DNA from: Chiloscyllium plagiosum
Taxonomy: Eukaryota
Direction: 5' to 3'
DNA: 63,735 nucleotides
Assembly (NCBI RefSeq): GCF_004010195.1
Contig: NC_057758.1
Location: forward strand, 6,069,352 to 6,133,086
The notes under the pieces are model-generated. The model was not told the origin of the DNA. It ran no database searches and was given only the letters and a program-made list of their open reading frames with translations. Below are positions 38,859 to 52,078 of this stretch, piece by piece; the stretch's first letter is position 1; every line of letters begins with the position of its first letter. Both the position numbers and the translations under genes were made by a program.

Positions 38859-39224
38859 GTGATGTCTTCGTGATGAAATGAAGTCCATCACATGTTCGGA
38901 CAATGAGTAATGAATGGAAGTTCATGCAGTTATATACCAGTGTGTTATCGGAAGACGTTGTTTTAGATAGTGCACGGACTCCAAATAGCAGGTCATTTAC
39001 AGGTTCAAAAATCTTAAGATAAAATGGATTTTTTTTTTTACTGGCACAGACTGCTCAAGGATGTCGTTGAATTTTGCCAGACATGTCACTCATATCAGTT
39101 AATGAAAACCGCAGAGAGTAATGACTACCCATTCCTGCATTTCAGTAATATTTCACAATTGTCTTATTTGATAGCGTAGGACTCCTCCCTGAATTAGAAA
39201 GTGGAAAATCAGTATTTCTTAAAA

Positions 39225-39868
39225 ATATGGTGTTTGTCCACTAGATTTAAAGAAGCTATTCCATTATGCAAAATCACAGCTCAAAGGATTGCTGAAGAGT
39301 TACTCTTTTTAAATACAGTATTGATTATCCACGGCGAATCAGTCCGATCTGGGGACAAACGTACATCAGAATTATTCAAGGAAGCTATGGTGAACTTCCA
39401 AATAAAACAATCCAAATCCATTGCGTTCCATCCAAAGTTGTGGGAAGAGCGACAAATCTACTGGGACTGAGAGAAGCAGCCACATTGAAAAATGCGTTTC
39501 TCGTTTCAACCGTGGTCTTGTCAGAAAGAATTCTTTGATGCCATTCCTGCCTGCAAGACGTTCTGCTTGCATTATACTTTTATATGATGTATGGTCATGG
39601 GATGTTGCAGAGAATTGAACAGTTTTGTTAATTTGCGATATCGTGTTAATTAAGTTTTCAGTAAGTTATACGGAATCATGTTTTCTTGTGTTCGTGTTTC
39701 ATTCATAGAGGTTTAATAAATTCTATTTTGTTTAAAGCTCTGTGGTTTGACCAGCTGCATCAGTGCTGGATAATCCACTCTGCGTCTGCATTTACAAAAA
39801 AACAATATGTTTAGTGTGTAGTCTACCTTCTTAAAATATTTGACAAGTTCTTGCGTGGTCCATAATAA
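39225..39868 (+). mobile_element. Probable solo LTR
   Basis: Non-coding ~650 bp, AATAAA at 39715, ends GGTCCATAATA (decayed ..CA); start uncertain. Confidence 0.4.
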
Positions 39869-40389
39869 TATCGGCAGCAGTTATTCATGACATGCAGGCA
39901 TTGCTGCCAGAAGCAACATTCGTTTCCCATCCCTTTCTGCCCTGCAGGCATTTAGAAATGAGTCACATGACAAATGAAAAATTTGATCAGATGCGGATCA
40001 TAGATTTTCTTCCCGCAAGAATGCCAGTAAAGTAGATGTTTCCTCTTTTCATTAAACTATTTGAACATGATAACCATTATAAGATTCGATGGTGAATCCA
40101 CAGAACATAAGTTTGCTGGTCGTGTATTGAGAGTGCAGTGAAAGTCCGAGCCGTCCACCACCCTGTCATCATACATTTGGTGATCCGTAGGAGGCATGAC
40201 TCATGAATAAACAATCCACATCATTTCTGAAACGGTTTATGATTTCCTTGGAATAAATAAAATGTTCTTCCAAGCCATCACAGGAGAATGGATAACCAGT
40301 AATGACCTATCCTTGATCAAATCTTAATTGCAGTGCATCTATTGCGTACAGTTCTCTCATCAGTGACCAAAAGAATATTTGTTCAAATC

Positions 40390-40900
40390 GCGTGGCATGT
40401 GTTGATTTCTCATTGGGACAGGTGTGCATGATTTGCTTTGGTGGGCATTGGGGAAGTGCTCGGCAGGTAGCAATTATCAGACATCGTCACCTCTGTCAAG
40501 ATCTGTCTCCCAGCTTCATGGTATCACAGTTTAATGTCAATATTCAATGCAACTCCACCACCTCGCTGAAGTATGAGCAAGGAGATAATCGGCAGCAGCT
40601 TCACGACTCACCAACGCTTCCATCTGGAGGGACAAGGTCGTTACATGTATGGGACCATGATGCCTGGGAAATTCTTCTTGAGGCAATTTGCTGATCTGAC
40701 CTGGAAATACATCGGCAGTTCCTGCACTTTCGCTGGGTCACAGATTCTGGAACTCTCGCCCTCACAGTTTGTTGTGGGTCTGTCTGCAGCACACGCATTA
40801 CAGCGGTTCAAAAAGGATCACAGCCTCAGCAAAACGGGTGACACCAAAAATAACAAACCAGGATGTACTGGCAAAGTGCCACAAATGAACAGGAATAAAG
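40390..40900 (+). mobile_element. CR1/L2-group LINE 3' fragment
   Basis: CTGACCTGGAAATACATCG..CTGGAACTC..CAGCGGTTCAA, related to 8620-9300. Confidence 0.6.
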
Positions 40901-40959
40901 GATTCGTAAGGGCAGTGGTGCTGTGGCTTCAGAGGAGTGATTTTATTTGGAATCGTATC

Positions 40960-43850
40960 AAGTCATAGAGTTATAGAGCGGTACAACGTTGTATCAGTAA
41001 CTTCAGTCCAGCAAGTTCCTACTGATCAGATATCCAAAATTAATCTTGAGCCAGTTGCCAATATTTGGCTCATATCCCTCCAAACACTTCCTGTTCATAC
41101 AACCATCCAGATGCCTTTTAAATGCTGTGCATCTGCAAGCCTTGACCTCTTTATCTGGCAGTCCATAAACACAGAACCCTCTGTGTGAAAATGTTGTCAT
41201 TACGTGTCCTTTTAAATATTTCCGCTCCCATCATAAATCTCCGCTGTGTAGTTTTGGGATTCGAATATTCCAGTAGTGATACAGCTGTTGCCACTCCATT
41301 TTGAGATAGTTCTGCATTCTCTCCACGACGTCGTGATCCTAGCACGAGGGAGGCAATACACCATTCTGACCTCTGGCTCTCTGCTCATAAACGTCTGTGT
41401 GCGCCTCTGACGGGAGAAACACTTGTCACAATTCATCGTTTTCAACCTGACTTACCTGTCGTTACTGTAGAGACAGACTCAGTTCCAAACCTTTTGCAGT
41501 ATTCACTACAGTCCCCTGAGAGTCCATCACCTCTTTTATTTGCCAAAACATATGCTTGTTTGGTATGAGGATAGCCACAGCAGACTCTTTCACTGCCTGC
41601 TTAGCCCTCCTATCTTCCCTGAAACTAAACCTTCTACCTGACTGTACGTGCGGTTTTTCTCTCTTCCTGAAATTGTCATGCATCACACACCCGGCTGCTG
41701 TGAATTCTGCATGGCCTCTAACTGCAACTGGAACCGATCGGGGTGGACATGTTGGGCCAAATAGCCTATTTACACATATAGGAATTGTATGATAAACCGT
41801 TCTTGTTATTTCGTCTCAAATGTGGGAGCAGCGAGACAGATTCACAGCGAATTACCTCAGGGAGAATTACTTTATCTTATTGGAGGGAAAAAGTGAGGTC
41901 TGCAGATGCTGGAGGTCAGAGCTGAAAATGTGTTGCTGGAACAGCGCAGCAGGGCCGGCCTCCTGTTCCCTGGATGCTGCCTGACCGATTCTCCTGTTCC
42001 CTGGATGCTGCCTGACCTGCTGCGCTGTTCCGGCAACACGGTTTCAGCTACTTTATCTTTTCGACCAACAACGCAGGAAGTGGGAGCTTATGTACTGAAT
42101 GGAAGGATGCAGTGAATACTATGTATGAATGCAAAATTATCTGGCTGTGATGCATCATTTGAATGCATCTCCATGAAGAAACGCTTGTTCAGAACTTCAA
42201 CGGTCGCATCTACTTCTTTCTGTTGTTTATTACATATGAAAACGTGCAATTGGATTGTGGGTCAGGCAAAAATGACATACACTTTTGTAAGTTGGTCAAT
42301 GTTGTTGTGCATTATAGGAGATGGAATTCAGCAAAGTTGTGAGGGAGAGTTTCTGTAGTAAACAGGCGACAGAAAAGGAGAATTCTGAATACGCAATAGA
42401 GAGGTTAACAGGCCGGATTCATCAAAGACAGCGGATATACTTGGAATTCAGTACACATCAGAATCGCTTACCGAGGATGTGAAGAGTACGGATATGCCAG
42501 AGGTATTGGACAAAAAGAATTATGCTGAAGAATTATTTGGGTAGAGACAAAAAAACTACAGATGCTGGAAATTAAAGTAGAGTGGCAAGAAGCAGGAAAA
42601 GCACAGCAAGCCAGGCAGCGACAGGAGATGGAGAATTTGACATTTCAGTTATAAACCTTCTTCCGGACTGGCAGCGGGTGTGGGTCGCGGATGCTGAAGA
42701 TAAAGCTCTTTTATCTCGACCTCCCCTCGTACCTACCCCAAGTCCTGCAGAAGGATTAAACCCTAAAAGTCGACTTTCCACCTCCAGATGTCTCCTGGCT
42801 TGTTTTGTTCTTCCAGCCTCTTGTCTGTCTATTATGCAGAATTTATAACGGTGACTGCTTCAATTGTTCATCCTATCAACGATTTATATGAGATAATATT
42901 ACTCAGCTGACAGTTGCAGCTCATTATTCATTCCAGACAAAAATGATGTGCAACTGATAGAAGACATCTTGTGAGCCATTCAATTTCTGAGCAGATTGGT
43001 TGGCTGGAAGCGGAAAAACAATCAGCCAAAGACACTGGAATGCAGTGATAGAATCATAGAGTCCTACAGCACAGAGACTGACACCTTTACCCAAAATGGT
43101 CCATTCTGTCCAAAATTTCCATGAAAGTTAAACACATTTCCATGTAATTGTCTCATACTCAAATAAATCTTTCCCATCCATGTATTTCTTCAAGTGTCTT
43201 TTAAGTGGTGTTAATGTAGCCGCCTCAAACACTTCCATTGGTCGGTCATTCCACATACGGGCCACAATCTGTATAAAAACAGTGGCCATACAGGTTCCCT
43301 TTTGTTCTTTCCCCCTTACCTTAAACTTAAGCCCCATCGCTCTTTATCCCCAAACCTGAGAAATAGACCGAGTGCCTTCACTCAAGCCATGCCTCTCATG
43401 ATCTTACATACTTCTATAAGTTCTCTCCTCTTCTTCTACGCTCGAAACAAAAAAGTCCGAGATTGTTCAACCTCTCCTGAAAACTCAGATCCGCCTGTCC
43501 TGACCAAAATCCTTGTAAATTTCATCCAGTTTAATAAAATTTCGTCCGATAGCACGGTAATCAAAACTGAATTAAATACTCGAGTGGGGCCGTCTCCAAT
43601 GTACTGTATAACTGTAATGTTTCTTCCAAATTCAAGACTGAATGCCTTGACTGGTGAAGGTCAGTTTGCTAAAAGCCTTCTCCAACGCCCTCTCTACCTG
43701 CGAATACACTCTCAGAGAAACGTACAACTGAACTCCAAGGTCACTCTGTTATATTATAATCGTGAAGCTACGGACTTGATTTGACGATCCAAAATGCAGG
43801 ACCACAAGCTTATTGATATTAAATTCCATTTGTCATTTCTCGTCCTACTA
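40960..43850. mobile_element. CR1 fragments (minus 40960-41740 and 43048-43850; plus EN 42140-43040) with Penelope scraps at 41885-42050 and 42550-42830
   Basis: RMVYCLPRAR (ORF1), IFTQRV..W..LP, FIQIVARMWN; GATGCTGG/GCTGGAA Penelope termini. Confidence 0.8.
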
Positions 43851-43879
43851 ATACAGCTGCAAAGCTGTGTCAGTCTCCT

Positions 43880-44455
<576 letters not shown>

Positions 44456-44599
44456 ATAGAGTATGAAGAGCACAGAAACACGCGGTTTGGGAACCTTGCA
44501 CAGCAAATTGATCGCTCTGTCGACAGACGAGTCACTAATATTTGTAATCTTTCCATACGCATCCGGTTTCATTAAAAGTGACGGGACAAATGCACAAAG

Positions 44600-47500
44600 A
44601 TTCGGTGCTCTATCTTCATCGATCAGAGCATGGAGTACAGGAATTGGGACATTCTGTTATAAGATGGAAGTGAGGACAGCAGATTCTGGAAATCAGAATC
44701 GAGAGTGTGGTGTTGTAACAGCACAGCAGGCCATGAAGCATTCAAGGAGCAGGAAAATCTCAACAAAAGCGCTTCATCAGGATCCTGAATTTGGTAAAGC
44801 CACACTTGGAGTACTGTGCATAATTCATTACGCACTGCTCTCGAAAAGGTGCTATCAAACTGAAATGGTAAAGAAAAAATAAAAAAAATCTTAACCAAAC
44901 TGACAGTTTAATTTTAAAAGAAAACGCTGAACAGACTGGCACTGTTTTTTCCCTCTGCCGCACAGAAGGCTGAGTATTGATCTAACACACGATGAGGAAA
45001 TCCTAATGGACAGAGACAGGGTTAAAGCCAATGTCCTTTTCCAAGAGTAAAGGAGTCCACAGTCGAGGGCAAGAAGTTGAAGGGAAAAATGTTTTAGAAA
45101 AACCTAATGAGCAAACTTGTTTCAAACAGAGGCCAGACTTGTCTGGAGCAAGCTGCCAGATGATTTGATTCGGTGAGTACAACTACAGCAGGTAAAAAAC
45201 ATTTGGACAGGTACACTGGTAAGTTTTTAGAGGGATAATGTTCTAAAGCAGGAAAATGGGACTCGGTGTTTCACACAAATGGATGATTTCGGTTCAACAG
45301 TCTCTTTCTGTGGTGTGGTTGTGTGACGCTAAGATGATGGACAATGTCTGAGGTTGACACGTCAGTACAGGGACACAGCGTCAACGGCTATGCGCCATGT
45401 ACTGCTGTTACTGTCCAGAGGATGACCTATCGCAGACTCCTGCGGTGCCAGTATAATACTGTGTTTGTTTTCAGTCGATTAACATCAAATGTGAGAGCAT
45501 CGAGAAGCTGCTGGAGACACTGACTAGAAAATTTGCCATCACTCTCACGGTATCCAGTATCAAATACGCAAAGCTATTGCATATAAGATGGAAAGCACGC
45601 ACTTCATACACCACGCATCACTGGCAGCGACATGACAATCTGGGAATTATACCGCATGTGGCCTCTTTTGAATAACAGAAGGCAAAATAATTATCCCATC
45701 CAGCGACATCACATCTCTCATTCGGCGAAAGTTATTCTCAGCAAAGTAATGGACAGTGTCATTGGCGGATGCATCAAAACATGCAGGCACAGCTTGTTGC
45801 ATTTCTGTGTCGGGGAGGGTGAGCAGCAAGAAGTCATGGTTAAGGTGACACAGTTAGGAAATTCCATGACGGCATGATAACTGAATATAAGGAGTTAGGA
45901 AGAAGGAGAAAAAGAAGCATCACAAGAATAGTAAACTCTGGTGTTCTCCCTCTGCCACACGCCAGTGAGGGAAAGAATAAGAAGATTTGGCACGCAAATG
46001 CTTGGCTGAAGTGTTGATGCAGAGTGCGGGACAGAATTTCAGATTTGTGCAACATTAGGTTCTCTTATGAGGGAACTTTGAAATGTATGGAAGAGTTGGG
46101 TTGCACCTGAACTCGAAGGGGACGACTATCCTTGCTGGGAGGTTTGCTAGGGATGCTGGGGAAGCTTGGAACAAGGTTGGCCGGGGTGAGGGTGTTTGTG
46201 AAACATAGCATCAGGTGAGAAGATTCCTCGTTTGGTTGGATGGCAAATGTAACAAACAGAAAGACTTTGAGGAAGGTTCGCCAAAAATGGTAAAACTATG
46301 TGACTCCACGCAGAAAGGCAGAAGAAAGCAATGCTGAGACCAAAGCAAAAGTAAGAAAAGAAATAAAAGTAAAATTGGGCGACAGAAATAGTTCCAAATT
46401 CTGGAAGATAGCGAGATTCGACAGGAACAATGAGGAAAACGGCAGCATTAAGAAAGCCCGTAGTATTCGAAAGAAATTCAATGAACTTGTGCGAGTCGCT
46501 ACAAAGGATTACCATTACAGAAACGGGGTTTCAGCAAGACGATGGCTGTGACCTAAATATCCAAGGATATCTTGTAATCAGCAAGGACAGGCAGGGCGAT
46601 GGGAGATGGTGTCACACTCTTAACTAAGGATCAGATTCGGGCAATAGCGAAAGACGACACAGATGTATGAGAAATATGTTGAATCCATTTGGGTGGAAAT
46701 CAGGAACAGTAAGGGAAAGAAGTCAGCTGAGGAGGATTCTGCCGGCGACCCAATAATGGCACAGGCAATCAATCAAGAAGTAACTGACGTAAATATGAAT
46801 GGAACAGCAGCCGTCATGCAGGTGTTCAACATGTACACTGATTGGCCAAATCAAGTCTGTCGAGGCAGTATTAAGACGAGTGAAAGTAACACATCCATGA
46901 AAACAATCTTGAACAGCATGTTACCGAACCTACAAGAGAGCGTGAAATCTTAGATCTGGTCCTCTGTAACCAGACTGGAAAACAGAATGATATTGTATTT
47001 AGGAATCCCCTCAGAAAGGGTGCTCACAATATGGTCGAACTTCGGACACAAATTGACACTGAAATAATATCACTAAAAACCATGGTGTTATGCTTTCAGC
47101 AACCTGGATGGATTCTAGGGAACTCAACGATCGTTCGACCCTCACGTTTGCTGAACTTTACTCCTATAGTGAGAACATTTGAATTCATAACCTGATCTCC
47201 CATCATATCCTTAACATCATTCTTTGGCATGTGAGACATATTCTCCACTGTGAAGACTGACAGAAAATAGTTATTCAAGGCCTTGCCCGTTTCATCGTTG
47301 CCCAACGTTAATTCCCCTTTCGCATCCTGCAATGGCCCGAACTCTACTTTAGACAGCCTTTTATGTTTTCATAATCATAAAAACGTTTCCTACCTGATTA
47401 TTTACTCTGTGTTGGTTCGCATTTATCGTCTATCTTTCCTTTCTTGGGCAGTAGTCGCACTAATTTAGATGGAATAGATGGGACCATACAGAAACATATA

Positions 47501-47700
47501 AAGTTATGGAAGGGATTGTTAAGAATAAGGCAAGAAAATTGTTTTTGCAGCTGGGTGAGACTAGAACTCGATACATGGCCTCAAGGTTTGCGGGAGTAAA
47601 ATTTAAGACAGTGATGGGGACGAACTGGTTTTCCCAGAGAGTAGTGAATCAATGGAATTCTCTGCACAAGGATGCAGTAGACGCAGCTTCGTCTACGAGA
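44600..47700. mobile_element. Decayed CR1 pieces (RT end, ORF1 esterase, EN) plus Penelope scrap 44665-44785
   Basis: GEGEQQEVMV (45812), VESIWVEIRNSKGKK (46678), FSQRVVNQWNSL (47630). Confidence 0.8.
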
Positions 47701-47759
47701 AAAAGATAAGTTATAATAAAAATAGCTTGTTTGTTAAATTTGCTGGTAATGTCAACTAA

Positions 47760-48560
47760 ATCTTTGGAAACAACAAGAATTCAATTGCATAAGAGGCCGC
47801 ATAAAGACGAAAATGATATGATACAATTTCAGTAACGGTTAAAAGCCGATCATAAAGACAATGAGACGAAAGACTGAGCCGAAGAAAGAGGTAAAACTTG
47901 AGAAGGATGAAAAACAGAGAGACGAAAGGTAGAAATACAGAGACCTTGAAATTAAGGAATTGGCTTAAACGAGTGTAGGGTAATTTAGGAGGTTGACAAC
48001 GTGAGGGATAGAGTGAGGATGAGCAAACCCATCGTACTGAAAGGCCTGGTAAGAATCGGTCCAAATATTTCCAAGCATTGTCTGAATTTGATAGAAAGGA
48101 AGCAGAAGTCTTGTTCATTTAATTTGAGAAAACGACTAAAACAGTACAGTGGCCAGTGACTATGGTGGTTCGTCGATCCAATCAGAACTGGTAGGTAGAT
48201 TTCATAAGGTGTTATTACAGGACTATCTTGAGAGTCTGTGGAAGTGAAGGAAGCTCTCTTAAACGCACATGAGCTGGTGGCACAGGTAGAAAGAGACCAT
48301 ATCTGAATCTAAGGAGGGACCAGGTTAAACATACATTGAATGTGAAAGGGACAAACAAAACAATGCTGACAGATGAGTACAGACATTAAAATGTTTCATA
48401 TATGTAACTCTTAAGGGAGCCGACTGTTTCGGAGCCATTGAAATATTTACTTCCAGAGGTCGTGAGAACTCACGAGGAAGATCAGAGTGACAACGACAGC
48501 ATCAGCAGTTAAAATGGCTGAATATTATGGACTGGTTTATGAATTATGGTTTGGTTTGGG
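47760..48560 (+). mobile_element. Gmr1-like Gypsy gag (SCAN-like capsid) remnant, copy A
   Basis: Decayed F.RKEAE..FI.FEK..K..QWPV...LVGR, AHELV, LPEVVRTH.E.QS...MAEYYGLV. Confidence 0.75.
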
Positions 48561-48565
48561 TGTGC

Positions 48566-49480
48566 TGTCAAGAAGTGAGGCGGGAACGACAGGTTCCTTA
48601 TTATGGGAGTCAAGGAAATTAGATCGTCTGAAATTTTGAGACTTGTTTCAAGGAACGTCTTTTCTTTCGTGAAAGGCTGCCACAGGCTTCACTGTCTTAC
48701 TACAATTTCTCGAGTTGAACACTCAGCCTATGTTTATACAATGATGCATAAAACGTTGCTTATTTTACTTAGATTACATTCCGCAATCAAGTAATGTAGA
48801 ATGCAATAATTCAACTTAACCAAAAGCACAGTGCCATTTCTCTCTTTATACTGGATTTTTCTCAAAGACAGAGAGACTAAGGAGTGTAAGATGCACTCTC
48901 TACAATTCGTCAAATAATATGACACAACGTCAGTCTTTATCACCAGAATTGCGTTTCGTTGACAGCTGCAATTCTGAGTGCCGGGTTACCTATCATCTTG
49001 GTCAAGTGTCCGATCATGCAGCAGTGTGTCAATTTCTTACTGCTTCCACAATACCCTCCTTGTTGACCTTCCAGATCAAAATATAAGTTTACAATACCGA
49101 TTCATCCGATAAAGGGAGCGCACTTCCTTCTGGAAAAAGGGAGCATATTATTTTTTACTTTCTCATCGTAGGAATCGTGATGGGACAGGGTCCAGTAGAT
49201 GATCACTGGTTTTGGACTAAAAAATGTGGAAGGAACAAACGGCGCCAAACAACAGCCTATAATTCTCTGTAGGATGTAAAGTATCCGGAATATGATAGCA
49301 AAGGTGACGATCCCAGTACGTGGAAGTTCCCCTTTTATCCATCCAGGCGAGTTCAAAAGCCATCCTGAATGAAAACAAGAGCGTAATTTCGTAATTTCTG
49401 TGATTCACGAAATCGGATAGATTTTCTGAATTATCCGGAAGGGGGTACAGCATTCCACAACAATAACAGCACAAATGTCA
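48566..49480 (-). mobile_element. 3' LTR of an ERV-like element
   Basis: On the minus strand, purine tract GCAGGGGGGG (49490-49481) directly followed by TG at 49480; ends ..TTGACA at 48566, where the Gypsy gag is interrupted. Confidence 0.6.
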
Positions 49481-49660
49481 CCCCCCCTGCAATATTAGAA
49501 AACCGAAGGCCAAGCAGTTTAAAGGGACGACTGTTCTATATTCAGCGTGCTCAGTATTGCTCTCGGTCAGGCCTTCAGTGCTATCATTGTCGACAATTTC
49601 CAACACTATTTCTAATTTGCCCAATTCTTGGGAATGCCACCAGGTTCAAATAGGAGGAGA

Positions 49661-49860
49661 AGATGTTGTGGTTCTGTTTGCCGAGCTGGGAATTTGTGTT
49701 GCAGACGTTTCGTCCCCTGTCTAGGTGACATCCTCAGTGCTTGGGAGCCTCCTATGAATCGCTTCTGTGGTGTTCCCTCTGGCATTTATAGTGGTTTGTC
49801 TCTGCCGCTTCCAGTTGTCAGTTCCAGCTGTCCGTTGCAGTGGTCGGTATATTGGGTCCA
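49661..49860 (-). mobile_element. Penelope 3' end (third family)
   Basis: ORF end LDPIYRPLQRTAGTDN.. followed by a hammerhead; imperfect AATAGGA(GGA)GAAG flanking duplication. Confidence 0.85.
49701..49740 (-). ncRNA. Minimal type I hammerhead ribozyme motif with intact core
   Basis: GCA-CUGAGGA-U-GUCACCU(AGAC)AGGGGAC-GAAA-CGUC-UGC: stem I GCA/UGC, stem II, palindromic ACGU stem III, GUC cleavage site. Confidence 0.8.
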
Positions 49861-49929
49861 ATAGGAGAAGCCTTGCCCACCTGGGTGAGCAAACAGGTGA
49901 AGGAAATCTTGAGCTTCGGTGTAAAGGTA

Positions 49930-50016
49930 GCTGAAAATGTGTTGCTGACCTGCTGCGCTTTTCCAGCAACACATTTTCAGCTCTGATCTCCAGCATCTGT
50001 AGTCCTCACTTTCTGC
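49930..50016. mobile_element. 87-bp hairpin Penelope scrap with 14-bp target-site duplication
   Basis: TCGGTGTAAAGGTA at 49916-49929 and 50017-50030; internal inverted GCTGAAAATGTGTTGCTG / CAGCAACACATTTTCAGC. Confidence 0.9.
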
Positions 50017-50619
50017 TCGGTGTAAAGGTATCCTACATAAAACTATGATGCGTGTTAAGAGATATCCCATTGTTCCGTCATTACACAGCTGACAGGTGCT
50101 CTTGGCACTCATAATGCAAGGCCACACACCTGCACTTTTCAGGGGGGAGCAGCCAACTGCACTCAACAATCTCTTGCCCAATGATCATTCTGACCACAGC
50201 GAATGAAACCTTTATTATTCTTGGACTAAACCATCCACTGCCAACCCATCCAACTGATGTGGGTAATACTTTTGGTACATTCGTTACAAGATTGGTTACG
50301 TTGGAGAAACTGGCATTCAGACCCTAAGACACCTGATTAAATCAACCATATCCGTCCACATAAATGAGCGATTTAAAAACAGCCCTGCAATTCTGCCGAT
50401 GCCAGATGAGATTGATAATTTTGAAAGCCTGAGCGAGCTGGCGCTCAATACAATTTTTTTTTGTTCCCAGAGGTGCTCCCACAAATGATTTCGACTGGAA
50501 GGGAGCTTCCACGTGGAGTCGGAGGATGTAGTGTTAGACATTAGTGAATAAGTTGCTTCACTATTCATTACTTAGTGGGACATTCACTTTTCTGAGGAGA
50601 GCTTGAAATAGGCTTACAT

Positions 50620-52078
50620 GAAATAAAAGATTGATTTTAGGAAGAAAGCTGTGCAGCAAATTTCGAAAATATTGAGGATAGACAAATCCCCTCCACCAGA
50701 CGGGATATATCCGAGGTTTCTAAGGGAAGTGAGGGAAGAGATTGGGCCTTTGGAGCAAATCTTGAATCCTCGCTGTCCACTGGAGTAGTGCCAAATGGTT
50801 GTCGGGTGGAAACGCCATTCCTATGTTCAACAAAGGGTAAAATGATAATGCTGATAATTATAGACCAGTAAATGTTATGTCTGTGGTGTTCAAATTATTG
50901 GAGACAGTTCGGAGAGACAGAATTTATGATTAATTGGAGAACCTCAGATTGATTAGAGATAGGCATTATGATCAGGTACAGTTCATGCCTCACAATCCTT
51001 CTTGAAAAGTTTGAGGATGTGACAAAATACGTTGATGAAATTAGAGTAGTGTTGGTGGTATATATGAGGTTCTACGGCGTTTGCTCATTCAGTCAGTAAC
51101 GGGGCATGGATGCAACGCAACGTAATTGGCTGGGTCGAGAATTGGCTAGTCAATAGAAGATAGATGGTGGTGGTAGATGGAAAGTGTTCAGCCTCAAACT
51201 AAGTGACCAATGTGCTGCAGAGATTGGTTCTGTGGCCTTTGTTCTTTGTGATTGTTATAAAGGATTTGGATGAGGAAGTGAAAGGATTGGGTAGTACGCT
51301 TGCTGATGCCACGAAGTTTGGCGGAGTGGAAGAAACAGTGAAGGGCTGCTGTGGATCGCAATGAGACATTGGCAAGATGCAGAACGGGGTGGACAAGTAG
51401 CAGATGGTGTTCAACCTGGAAGAATGTGAAGTCATTCACTTTGGAAGATTGAAATTGAATGTAAAAATTACAGGTTTTAAGGCAGGATTCCTTGCAATGT
51501 GGAGAAACAGAGGGATCTTGTGTTCTTTGTCCACAGACCTGTCAAAGTTGCCACGCAAGTTGATTGGCTTGTTACTATGGCGTATGCTGTGTTGGCTTTC
51601 ATTAACAGGGGGAAATGGCTTCAAGATCCACGAGGTTATGCTGAAACTCTTTTGTGTCCCCGTCAGACCAAGCCTGGAATATTGTGCCCAGTTCTGTTCA
51701 CTTCATTACGGCAACGCTGTCCAAGTTTTAGAGAGGTTGCAAGCAAGATTTACCAGGATACTGCCTGGAATGGAGGGCATGTCTTACCAATAAAGGTTGA
51801 GTGAGCTTAGCCTTTTCTCATTGGAGCAAAGAAGGATGAAAGGTGAATTGATAGATGAGGAGAGGCATAGACAGAGTGGCAAGCCAGAGACTTGGGGGTG
51901 CATTGCCAGCAGAGGTTGTAGAATTAGATAGGCTAGATACTTTAAGGTACTCTTGGATTGGCAGATGGAATTTAGTATAATAAAGGTTAAGTAGGATCAT
52001 CTGTTTTTTTGAATAGAACTGAATGCCAGCTCGACATTAATGGTCTGTTTTGTGCTATACTGTTCTATGTTCTATGTT
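50620..52078 (+). mobile_element. CR1 RT half inserted in the ERV gag
   Basis: DKSP.PDG.YP, NYRPV, VRPSLEYCAQF; (TTCTATG)n tail at 52062-52078. Confidence 0.92.

Larger units (their letters stand above)
33700..39188 (-). pseudogene. Candidate IgSF receptor copy 3: V exon(s), C1-like exon and TM-like exon
   Basis: Acceptor at 39188 then GGVLRYQIRQL*NITEMQEWVVITLCGF. Removing the CR1 at 38564-38858 restores LHFITKTS-PEDWDFYC (C at 38540). The exon from 38395 reads SPRIFYAQ..ITC(L)VKG..DPNDKT..LTI..MCTVE across frameshifts. TM-like IISLTIVLFSLLSLRMVAVCW at ~33720-33785. Confidence 0.4.
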
